Shown here piece by piece: positions 30,517 to 39,412 of a stretch of 60,635 nucleotides of DNA. The stretch comes from an uncultured virus (IMG/VR IMGVR_UViG_3300025865_000001) (lineage: Duplodnaviria; Heunggongvirae; Uroviricota; Caudoviricetes). Positions within the stretch are counted from its first letter, which is position 1. Every line of letters begins with the position of its first letter. Where the stretch lies: the IMG/VR virus record IMGVR_UViG_3300025865_000001. The stretch is one strand, 5' to 3'. The notes under the pieces were generated by a model. That model saw only the letters and a program-made list of their open reading frames with translations. It made no database searches and was not told the origin of the DNA. Made by a program: the position numbers and the translations under genes.

Positions 30517-30588
30517 TAGCGGGCTTCGGTATTGCACCGAATACAATCAGCTTATGGGGCTAACATGTCGCTTTCCCATCTGCCCGCA
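30517..30588 (-). tRNA. tRNA-CAT (Met; 1:72 mismatch as in initiators)
   Basis: TTAGC-CCCATAA-GCTGA; T-arm TTCGG-TGCAATA-CCGAA; atypical D-arm. Confidence 0.7.
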
Positions 30589-30659
30589 GTGTGCCCATAC
30601 AAGGTAGTGACTTCTCGACGATACGTATAGCTCATTGCTACCTTGTACGGTTAATAAAT

Positions 30660-30688
30660 ATTGTATCATACTTTTATGATTTTGTCAA
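30660..30688 (-). promoter_or_regulatory. Promoter of the tRNA cluster
   Basis: TTGACA-N17-TACAAT with TG. Confidence 0.85.
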
Positions 30689-30703
30689 ATAGCAAAATTC
30701 AAC

Positions 30704-31986
30704 CTATTTTTTATCTAACTTAGATTGGTATTTGGCAATGGCATCCGCAAATTTAGCAAAGGCATTCGCAGCATCACTTGATGACGCACTCTCTGGAAAC
30801 ACAAAAAAGGCACTTGATGGTAGAGGTGTTCCCATAATGTCATTAGTTTCAATAATTTTAATTTCAGGAATAAACTTCACATGAAATACAGCGCCACATT
30901 TGGAACAAAGAAATGGGGCATGACGATTTACATTTTCCATTACGGCTTGAGGGGCGTCTTTAAATTTATATACGTGTAATAAACACTCTCCGCTCTTACT
31001 TTGAGCCTCGTAAATTTCGCCACACTTCGGGCAAGGTAAAAGAATTGTGTCATAGCATCCCATTTTTCTCCTTTATATAAAACCACACTTTTATCTTTTA
31101 GTATCAATAGCGCATATGCACGTATTCGTCATTCTCATCATAAATGCATTCCACGTGTTTGTGATACCACTTACTCTTAGGACATGTTACTTTTGTGTAA
31201 TATATTTTCTCTCCTGTTTCGCTGTTGTACGAAGCTAGGTATGATTTCTTAATAACCTTTGAACCGCAAATATAACAGTAATTCATCCTGTCTAAGTCGC
31301 TCGACTCTTTTACTACTTCAACATCAGTTTCATCCATTTTTCTCCTTTATATAAAACAACCCCTTTATTTTTTTGTCAAGGGACAAAATATATTCAATAG
31401 CCTTACAAGAAAATTACCGTCTCTTTTTAATGTCATAGAAGAAATTCTCGATTCGCACTTTTATCCGTCGAAAGAAATAGTTGTAAGGAAGAAGGCGAAG
31501 TTCGTATTTCAAATATCTCCACAGTGTCATGCCACGCAAGTTTATCTTGTTGACGCTCCAAACTGGATTGTCTCTCCAAGTTGGATAAGAAAGTTTCTCG
31601 TAGAAGTTGCGGTAGCCCATGCCAGAAATGTCCGTGTAGGGAACTGCGATGTAGTAAAGCGTTACATCGCCCTTGAGAATTCCAATGTGAGTTGTGTTTG
31701 GCGCGGTCTTTACGTGTTCAAAAAATGGTTCGGGACGGTATTTGCTAATGTATTCATCACCAAACCTAATGTCGTTAAGTGTAAGTATGCTTCCAGCCTC
31801 TTCGAGAAACTCTATTTCGATAAACTCACACGTATAGTTAGTCTCCGCTTTTCCGTGTAAATAAGAATCTAACGAACTTGTCAACACCCCCGTATGCATA
31901 TTTTTTATTAAATTGGCAGGTATGCGAACCACATCACAGTTTTCGTAAACGATGTCAATGAAATCAAAGTCAATTTCTAAGTTCAT
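30704..31986 (-). CDS. Three hypothetical proteins (30704..31063 Zn-finger, 31104..31337 Zn-finger, 31414..31986)
   Basis: ORFs with RBS; CxxC pairs; palindromes at the junctions. Confidence 0.7.
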
Positions 31987-32055
31987 ATTTCCCTTTCATT
32001 TATTCCCCTTATTTGCATATTTATTCGGGGAGGTAGAGATTCTATCTCTGAGGAG

Positions 32056-32311
32056 TAGGGTAGCCGAGATTCGGACTCGGTTACGGGATTTTATGTCGGA
32101 AATGTTAGAGTGTAGATATTAGACTACCGCTCCTAACGCGCTCAAACTACCTATTCGATACACGTATCCTGTGCGACCACCTCTTATTGCGTTGATTCCT
32201 ATCCATTTAAGTAACGTTTCAGATACAGATAGGGGCTTGTCAATTCAAGCTCAACTCGTAGCCAAGTCTTTTCCCGTTCAGTCGCGTAGCTGTTCCACCA
32301 GCTGCTACCCT
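32056..32311 (-). ncRNA. 256-nt structured RNA with tRNA-like ends
   Basis: Acceptor AGGGTAG/CTACCCT, D-like GCTG/CAGC, T-arm CCGAG-TCCGAAT-CTCGG, closing helix ACGGGA/TCCCGT around a ~190-nt multi-hairpin insert. Confidence 0.65.
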
Positions 32312-32313
32312 AA

Positions 32314-32385
32314 TGGAGCTTGAGGGTACTGCCCCCTCTTTTTCTCCTTGCAAGAGAGATGTAATTCCTTCTATACTAAAGCCCC
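32314..32385 (-). tRNA. tRNA-Ala(TGC)
   Basis: GGGGCTT/AAGCTCC with G3:U70, loop CT-TGC-AA; atypical T-loop GGCAGTA. Confidence 0.8.
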
Positions 32386-32652
32386 GATGTTAAAGTACTA
32401 AGTTGTGTGCCCCTTATTCGCACATTTATTCGGGGCAATCTTGTACGGTTTTCCTTCGCAAGTAGCATTCCGGCAATCCCTACCAATGCTCCCTTCTCCT
32501 TCTCTTGCAAAGTACTTCATTGTGCCAAGATTTTCTTACTTACCCAAATCGCTATATTGGGTTTTGCTCTTTATTTTTCGCATTTATTCAGAGCAGTCTT
32601 GTCTCCACCGTAATGATTGTTTGCGCGTCAAGACTTAACACGTTCATGCTAT

Positions 32653-32776
32653 TGGGGCAGTCAGGATTTGAACCTGATGCGCTTCTTGTGGTAAGGTTCT
32701 TTACTGCGTATATACTTCCACGGTTGGTTGTCGCGCCACCTGTTATGTTGTGTGTTCTCATCCACACCGCTGCCTC
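32653..32776 (-). ncRNA. 124-nt tRNA-like RNA without a canonical anticodon arm
   Basis: GAGGCAG/CTGCCCC, GTGT/ACAC D-like arm, TCAGG-TTCAAAT-CCTGA T-arm. Confidence 0.55.
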
Positions 32777-32785
32777 AATTTTGAA

Positions 32786-32892
32786 CTCGCCCTTATTTCA
32801 GTTGCATAGCGAGTAGCAACTCACATTTTCCAGTGCATAGAACTCACCGGCTCGACCTTATTTTAGTTCCATATCGAGTAGGAACTCACATT
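32786..32892 (-). ncRNA. Two 42-nt H-type pseudoknot repeats (type III antitoxin-like)
   Basis: AATGTG-AGTTGC-TA-CTCGC-TAT-GCAACT-GAAATAAGG-GCGAG and AATGTG-AGTTCC-TA-CTCGA-TAT-GGAACT-AAAATAAGG-TCGAG; 4 of 5 differences are compensatory. Confidence 0.8.
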
Positions 32893-32915
32893 GAAGAGAA
32901 CTGTTCTCCAGCGAA

Positions 32916-33137
32916 TCAGGCTGGGGGTAAAAATAAGTGATAGTCGGCAACAGTCTTTCCGTTTTCGTTCATAATATATATTTTGCCTGAACTAAAAGTT
33001 TCTACTGGAGCGTCTTTATACCACACAAACAAACTTGCTTGTTTTCCTATTATTGTTGGAAGATTATATCTAACACTTTCAACATCGGATTTTACAAACT
33101 CACTACCGTCTTCTTCAACTACTTTAATTGTAAACAT
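32916..33137 (-). CDS. Hypothetical 73-aa protein
   Basis: MFTIKVVEEDG...IYIMNENGKTV; RBS AGGAG. Confidence 0.7.
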   Translation of the reverse strand: MFTIKVVEEDGSEFVKSDVESVRYNLPTIIGKQASLFVWYKDAPVETFSSGKIYIMNENGKTVADYHLFLPPA

Positions 33138-33172
33138 GTTTCTTCTCCTGATTCTACTTCTTCTGATATGCT

Positions 33173-33349
33173 GGCACTTTCGTCTCCGGTGTATTATCGT
33201 GCCCGCCGGAAGGCATTTTCGCCTTCTCCACATGGGAGGGGCGTCCCCAGCCTACAGCCGACTGGTGGGCTTTTGGGAGTTCCTAAAGTGCGCATCGTTG
33301 AGAGGCGTAGGAACTTCACCGTTTGGCTGGCAATTACCTTTTAGGCTAG
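33173..33349 (-). ncRNA. Rod-shaped RNA (33247-33349) plus pseudoknot/hairpin (33173-33226)
   Basis: Nested stems CTAGCCTA/TAGGCTGG, CAGCCAA/TCGGCTG, GGTG/CACC, AGTTCCTA/TAGGAACT; crossing TCCGG/CCGGA and GGCAC/GTGCC. Confidence 0.5.
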
Positions 33350-33360
33350 TCCAGTCAAGT

Positions 33361-33433
33361 AGCGGGTGATGAGGCTTGAACTCATAACTTTCTCTTTGGT
33401 AAAGAGATGTTCTACCAATTGAACTATACCCGC
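33361..33433 (-). tRNA. tRNA-Gly(ACC)
   Basis: GCG...CGC acceptor with U discriminator, TCTCT-TTACCAA-AGAGA. Confidence 0.82.
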
Positions 33434-33465
33434 AATATAAATCATGCATTTTATTTTTACTCCCA

Positions 33466-33548
33466 GAGGCGCGGATGGAATTGAACCATCATTGGGACGC
33501 TTTCATTTTAGAATGTTTTCGTCCGTTATCTGAGCCACCAGCACGCCG
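33466..33548 (-). ncRNA. tRNA-like RNA with elongated anticodon arm
   Basis: GGCGTG/CGCGCC, CTG-GTGGCT-CAG, GGACG/CGTCC enclosing a CATT/AATG hairpin, GATGG-TTCAATT-CCATC. Confidence 0.55.
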
Positions 33549-33555
33549 TTCATAA

Positions 33556-33632
33556 AGCAAGGTAAGGATTTGCACCTATTAGACTGTTTGGTGGGCATCC
33601 CAACCAAAACCTACGCCTGTTACGCTCTTGCC
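33556..33632 (-). ncRNA. Degenerate tRNA/tmRNA-TLD-like RNA
   Basis: GGCAAG/CTTGCT ends, long central hairpin TTTGGT.GGG/CCCACCAAA, AGG-TGCAAAT-CCT T-loop. Confidence 0.4.
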
Positions 33633-33635
33633 TTG

Positions 33636-33716
33636 TGGAGCTGCTGGGAGTCGAACCCAGGTTCCTCGCATATTCGGAATGTAATTCCGATATTACAAGG
33701 CGTACCCGTCAGCCCC
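33636..33716 (-). ncRNA. Minimal tmRNA: tRNA-like domain only
   Basis: GGGGCTG/CAGCTCC-A with G3:U70, stemless D region, P2 hairpin, 3-nt AAC linker, CTGGG-TTCGACT-CCCAG; no mRNA-like domain. Confidence 0.75.
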
Positions 33717-33717
33717 G

Positions 33718-34519
33718 TCAATCATTAAGTTCTCCGTCTAAACTAACACCTAGTCTGGCTAAAATTCTATTATTGTAATAATCAATTTCTTCGGGTGACT
33801 CTGGATATTCACCAAATAAGCGTGCTAAACTTTCATACTGAGACGCCAGCCAGCATACGTCACAGGCTTCTTCAATAATTCCTTCTTCACCAATTTTGTC
33901 ACGAAGTTCCCTATGTTTTGGGTCGGGGTGTGTGTATGATACTCCATTTTCGATGCGCACAGTGCCGTGACCGCCGTTGCAAGAATTGTTGTTGCATTTC
34001 GGACACTCTAAATAGGCACACTCACAAGCTTTACACCAACCCCACCAGAATACCATCATATCCAATTTTTCTTTGGATATTTCTTTCCATAATCTTTTGT
34101 GCCAGTTAGGTATCTTCAATCTATTCTTTTCAGCATGTCTATTGCATCGGTAATAATTGACTTTAGCATGTGCTTTGTAACGGTAAAATCGAATATCCAT
34201 TTTGGTCTATATCTCATAGCTTCGTGAAATTGTTTGTTATAAGTTTCCATGTCAAGTTCACCGTTCATATATCGTTCGACTACTGCTTCTGGCGACTCTT
34301 TTTTATTCAACTTACCAACTCTGCATCATTGACTAATGCTGTCAATGCCGCTATTACAAATTCTTTTGACATAGTTTCAGCGTGAATAAGGGTTTTATCG
34401 CACTTTGTGATTATCGTTATTTGCCCGTAGCCTTTGGCTATCTCGTTCCAATCCAACACAAAACCAATTCCGCCACCGTTCGTACAGGCAGATACTTGAG
34501 AAATCTCAGATGTTATCAT
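33718..34519 (-). CDS. Three small hypothetical proteins (33718..34200 Cys-rich, 34116..34310, 34307..34519)
   Basis: ORF track, overlapping stop/start packing. Confidence 0.6.
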
Positions 34520-34597
34520 AAGGCTCCTTTACAACTTCATTGTGCTAAGTTATCATTAATGCTAATTATTTACCATGAAAGTTTCATGTACTAATAT

Positions 34598-34626
34598 AGT
34601 ATACTACAAATTCACTGCCTTGTCAA
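34598..34626 (-). promoter_or_regulatory. Sigma70-type promoter upstream of the ncRNA island
   Basis: TTGACA-N17-TATACT. Confidence 0.8.
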
Positions 34627-34636
34627 GTACCAATTA

Positions 34637-35779
34637 TTATCCTTTAATGCTAGCCAAAGGAGTTAATTCCACAATCGCCTTTACTAAGTCTTTTTGATTT
34701 TCCATTACAACATCTATCGGTTTATAAGCGCCTGGAGCTTCGTCTAGGTCTTGGATAGTTCGTAAACCATGAATAATTCCAGCCATTTTTTTTTGTTCTT
34801 CTTCTAGATTTAAAGTTCTTCCTGCTTCCTTTCTTCCCATGCGTCTTCCTGCACCATGTGAAGATGACTCAAAGCTATCAGCGTTTCCAAGCCCTTCGGT
34901 GATATAGCTTTTTGTTCCCATTGAGCCTGGAATAATACCCCGTAATCCTAATGTTGCTTTGGTTGCACCTTTTCTATGAACAAGGACGTTTTGTCCAAAG
35001 TGATGTTCCATAATCGCATAATTGTGATGAATATTTACCCTGTCTAGTTCTGAACAAACATTAGTAGCGGAAACAATACCCATTATTCTATCCATCATAA
35101 GAGCACGATTTGCAAAAGCGAAATCAAGACAATAATTCATCGCTGTTAAGTATTCTTGCCCTTCTATTGTGTCCAAAGGTAAAAATGCAAGGTCTTTATC
35201 TGGAATATTAGATACCCATTGTTCACAAAGTGTCTGTGCTTTTTTATGGTATTCAGTGGCAGTTTTTAATCCAAAATTACGACTTCCAGAATGTAGCATT
35301 ACCCAAATATGACCGTCGTTTCCTTTTTGAATTTCAATAAAATGATTTCCTCCGCCAAGTGTTCCCAATTGGCTTCTTGCAGAAGTTAATTCTTTTTGAA
35401 TAATTGCAATATCAGGAGCATTGTCAAAACCAGCCCATCCTTGATTTTCTTTTTGGTGTGAAAAACCCACTGGAACTACTTTACGAATTTCTCCCATAAT
35501 AGTTTTAATGGATTCGGTATCTATATCCGTAAGAGATGTTTTAACGGCAGACATCCCGCACCCGATATCAACTCCGACTGCGTTTGGGATTATTACTTCT
35601 TTGGTTGCCATGACTCCGCCAATGGGCATACCATAGCCCTGATGACTGTCTGGCATGATGGCAATCCATTTGACTGCGAATGGATGGTTAGCTAAATTCT
35701 TAGCTTGAGCCAATGCCCCGTCTTCAATATCATCGAGCCACAATTTAATCGGAAGTTTTTCAGTATCAATAACTCTCAT
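34637..35779 (-). CDS. rtcB: RtcB RNA ligase
   Basis: MPDSHQGYG, VGVDIGCG, LGGGNHFIE, HSGSR, HRKG, HGAGR, DEAPGAYK. Confidence 0.95.
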   Translation of the reverse strand: MRVIDTEKLPIKLWLDDIEDGALAQAKNLANHPFAVKWIAIMPDSHQGYGMPIGGVMATKEVIIPNAVGVDIGCGMSAVKTSLTDIDTESIKTIMGEIRKVVPVGFSHQKENQGWAGFDNAPDIAIIQKELTSARSQLGTLGGGNHFIEIQKGNDGHIWVMLHSGSRNFGLKTATEYHKKAQTLCEQWVSNIPDKDLAFLPLDTIEGQEYLTAMNYCLDFAFANRALMMDRIMGIVSATNVCSELDRVNIHHNYAIMEHHFGQNVLVHRKGATKATLGLRGIIPGSMGTKSYITEGLGNADSFESSSHGAGRRMGRKEAGRTLNLEEEQKKMAGIIHGLRTIQDLDEAPGAYKPIDVVMENQKDLVKAIVELTPLASIKG

Positions 35780-35813
35780 TTTTAACTCCTATTTGCTATT
35801 GTTAATTATTATT

Positions 35814-35842
35814 ATTTTACTACAACTTCCATCCTTTGTCAA
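35814..35842 (-). promoter_or_regulatory. Promoter of rtcB
   Basis: TTGACA-N17-TAAAAT. Confidence 0.75.
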
Positions 35843-35851
35843 GAGAGAGTT

Positions 35852-38488
35852 TTATGTTATTCCATTTGGGTTCTCTTCGACTCTGCCCTTTCCGTGACAT
35901 ACCCAGCATTCGACAGCTTTAGGATATGGCTCATACCACTTTGTTACGTCTACCATGCCACTACCATTACAGTTACGACACTGATAACCGAATATCTTCC
36001 TAAACAGGTTTATAATTTTCATTCGTCCTCCCCGATAATCTTGTTCGCGAGTGCGAAGCAAAACCCTGTCCCTAAAATTGCCCCAGCATAGTTGACAGCT
36101 TGCACTATGCCGATATTTACTCCGGTAAGCTGAATACACCTTCCCGCTAATATTGCAAACAAGATAACAAAGATTCTATCTAACGTTTTCATTTCTCACC
36201 TCCTTCTGGTGGAACAAAACAACCACACCTGTAACAAAATCGCAATATCACTCCATAATCCATACGTAACCAACCCCACATGTGTTCACAATATTTACAC
36301 ATTTTTCTTACCGCCTAGCGCAGCCAGCGCGACTTCTGCCTTTTCAATGTGCGTCAATGCTGCATCAGCACCTTTCTGTGTTCCTAGTCTGTAGCAGACC
36401 ATCAATGCTCGGCGCCCATCGGAGATTTGCTGTGTCCATTTCAGTCGCTTCTCTGACACTATCAACCGCACCTGAGTGTCGGCAAGGTCACGACTGAGAC
36501 GTTCTATTTCAGCAAGCGCCACTAATGCTGCATCGGCAACTTGCGAGTCCCAACTGCCGTAAGCGTCTGGGTTGCTACCTTGCCACTCTTTGTAGGAAAG
36601 GCATTGTTCTTTCAATTCGTCTAGGTTCATTCCACACTCTACTTTGCTTGAACGTAAATAAGATAAGGCGACCCAGAGTTATACAGGTCTAATTTAGCTT
36701 TCACACTATACTCGTTCATTGCTAAAATCTCACACATTCTCCTTGCATCTTTTTCGTCTTGAATTTCAAAGACAATAGTTTGTTGCAATTCCTCACTCAC
36801 TTCACACTCTCCTTCTCATAATCCATAGATGATTGTTTTATAGAACAAGTACCGTCACGATGAACTATCAATACGACATAGGGTAAGTTGTCTTTCTTTG
36901 CTGAGTACACCAACATACCAACACTGTTATAGTCTATGTAAGACGGGTCGTCTGCCTTTTCTGCCATCGAATAACGGTGATCTCGAAACGCTCCACCTAT
37001 TGAATTGGCGTGCCAAATTATTACTTCATGGGGAAATAATTTGTACCTTTCCGAAAACTCAAATCGTTTCTTATTCATTTATCGCTCTCCTTTGCTTTGG
37101 TCGCTTCCCATTCAGTTACAAGGGCATTAGCAATTTCAATAATCTTGACCATTCTACGGGAATTCCATTGTGAATCTGTCATGTATGTCACGGGGTGTAG
37201 TGGCTCTGGTATCACCCCCGCTTGTGCTAGTTCTCGAAGTTTACCGAGTCCCTCCACCAGTTTCTCAATCAGTACATCACGAGAGGCAAGTTGTTGTGCA
37301 GTTACTTTCTTGTCTTCATTCAACACACAAAAGTCTTTTATGTCGAATGGAGAACTCTGTTTTTTGTATAGATACAATGCGCCATTTCCGTAATCTTTAG
37401 TGCCATATCCTTTTCCTCGGAGAATATAATGGTTATCACACTCCGTTGCTTCAAATTCAATTCCACTTGGAACACCAGTCCAAAAACCAAAATCTTGCCC
37501 ATAAGTAAATTTATTATCTTTAGGAAATTTAACTCGCATATTATTCCTCACCGCCTTCTATTGCTTTACTTTCACCAACAAGTTTACCCCACCTACGCAT
37601 ATAGTTACCAAACCCCAACAGGTACTTAAGCACACTTGCCATTTCCCACCCAAGTTTAATCATTTTTTTGATAAGAACGTTACGTTCAGCAAGTTTGGCT
37701 TCAAGGGAAATATTCAATAAAAGTAGGTTTTGAATATTATCAGTCATTTTAAAAACTTCATTAGCTATTTTCGGTATCTCGAATTCAAATCTCGATGGGT
37801 TTCCTACATGTAAATAAATGGCTTTTCCACAACATGGACAAAGTTGTTCTGTATTGGTACTCATTTAGTCTCCTTTTTCACATGGTGGCAACAAATTTGT
37901 AACCATCCGAGTTGTAAATCCCATTTTATAACATTCCACATATATCGGTCAAAGAAAACCAAGAAAAATCTAAATGGCTCATTAAAGCGCCAAGTAAAAT
38001 CTAATTTGCCTTTCATTTCATTTCCTTCCATATGTTTGCAAGGTTTCTCCAATCAAAATACACGTCCATATCATCCCGTGTATCAATACTTGCAAGAATG
38101 GCTAACTTATCTCCCACCTTTACCAGTTGTTCGATAAACGCATCGCGTTTAGCAAGCTTGGTAAGTAGGGCATCTTTCGGGAATCTTAAAATTCGTGCCC
38201 CACAAGCTCCACACATATCAAAAACCTCGCCATCACGAGCCTCGTCTACCCCTTGCTCGTGTCCACACATTTGGCATTTCATTTCGTCTCCTTGTTTTGT
38301 TTTAGACTAAAACCGTCGCAAGATACCAACCATATGGGGTCGAAATTAAATGGCCACATAAACCATCCGCTTCTAACGCCATGAGGAACTCCACTTACTT
38401 TTGATTTACGATTAGAACATTCGCTATGAGCATCCCCTAGAACGTCTTGTCTGTGAGTGCATTCGTAACAATTAGGTTTTTCGTTCAT
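35852..38488 (-). CDS. Array of small hypothetical ORFs (e.g. 36295..36630, 36797..37078, 37075..37551, 37541..37864, 37861..38052, 38013..38282, 38279..38488)
   Basis: Tightly packed, translationally coupled; several share a C-terminal module. Confidence 0.65.
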
Positions 38489-39411
38489 TTTGTCTCCATG
38501 TCGTTTACTACGTTATCGGGATTTTCTATCTGTATTCTATACCATTCTGGAAAACCCTTTGTTATACCTCGTGATATTTTTTGCCAGGCGAAAGTGAAAA
38601 ATCGTTCCATGATTTCGTCTTTGCATTCTTTTAGAACATCCTGATTTACCTCTTTTAGAAGCGCCGGAATGTCCTGCATTTCACCTTGAAGTTCTCCAGA
38701 ATCACGCAAATGTTGAACAGCCTTTTGCCAACGAGACTCGGTTCGATATGCCTCTGTCAATTCTTGGACAATATCAGTGGTAGTTGGATTAATCTTTTTC
38801 CAGTTAACGGCGTTTATTTCCTGAAAGTCAGAACGTACAATTTTTGCCATTGCAACTTTCTTTTCAGCGGTGAATACACTGTAATTCTTGATAACAACTC
38901 CCTCAATTTTTGTACCACCGAGAATTGAATCATGTGCTAACCAATCTGGTTGCATTGTATCAATAGTAGTTTTTGCAAACACTCCCTCAACAAAGCATGG
39001 CACTACTTCTAACCCAATCCGTTCCGCTTCTTTTTGAACATCGGCATAAGGTAAGTAACTTTCCAAGCCGTCACAAATGTCGAATAGGATAATGTTATTT
39101 TTTGGAACACGCCAGTAAACGAGTGTGTTGTGCTTGGGTTTTCTTAGATATTCACCTCGATACGTCCAATTAGGGTGAAGTTGTAAACGATTATTGTTTG
39201 CCCATTCGGCTGCAAGATTGAACATTCCTTCTGGCTTATCAACGTTTATTTCGGCATTTTTTGAACGCATACTGAGAACCAAATCATCATCAACGCCAAA
39301 CGAAATTTGAGAACCGTCAACCTTTTCTTGAATAATGACGTGACCATTTAGAACATCGGCAACCATCTTGTGTCCTAAAGCGCAAACGTCGGGATACCCG
39401 TGTAAATGCAT
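38485..39411 (-). CDS. ATP-dependent RNA ligase (Rnl2-like)
   Basis: QEKVDGS motif I, YRGE, LFDI, EGVVIK, AKIV. Confidence 0.85.
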   Translation of the reverse strand: MHLHGYPDVCALGHKMVADVLNGHVIIQEKVDGSQISFGVDDDLVLSMRSKNAEINVDKPEGMFNLAAEWANNNRLQLHPNWTYRGEYLRKPKHNTLVYWRVPKNNIILFDICDGLESYLPYADVQKEAERIGLEVVPCFVEGVFAKTTIDTMQPDWLAHDSILGGTKIEGVVIKNYSVFTAEKKVAMAKIVRSDFQEINAVNWKKINPTTTDIVQELTEAYRTESRWQKAVQHLRDSGELQGEMQDIPALLKEVNQDVLKECKDEIMERFFTFAWQKISRGITKGFPEWYRIQIENPDNVVNDMETK

Positions 39412-39412
39412 A

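Noticed and set aside
32056..32311. Full-length tmRNA or clear group I intron
   Set aside because: No G3:U70 or tag ORF; GACTGAACGGG resembles a group I P7/P3 segment but I could not assemble a complete core
33247..33349. Y RNA or SRP RNA
   Set aside because: GGCTGG/CTAGCC strands are in the opposite order to Y RNA, and the SRP helix-8 motif is absent
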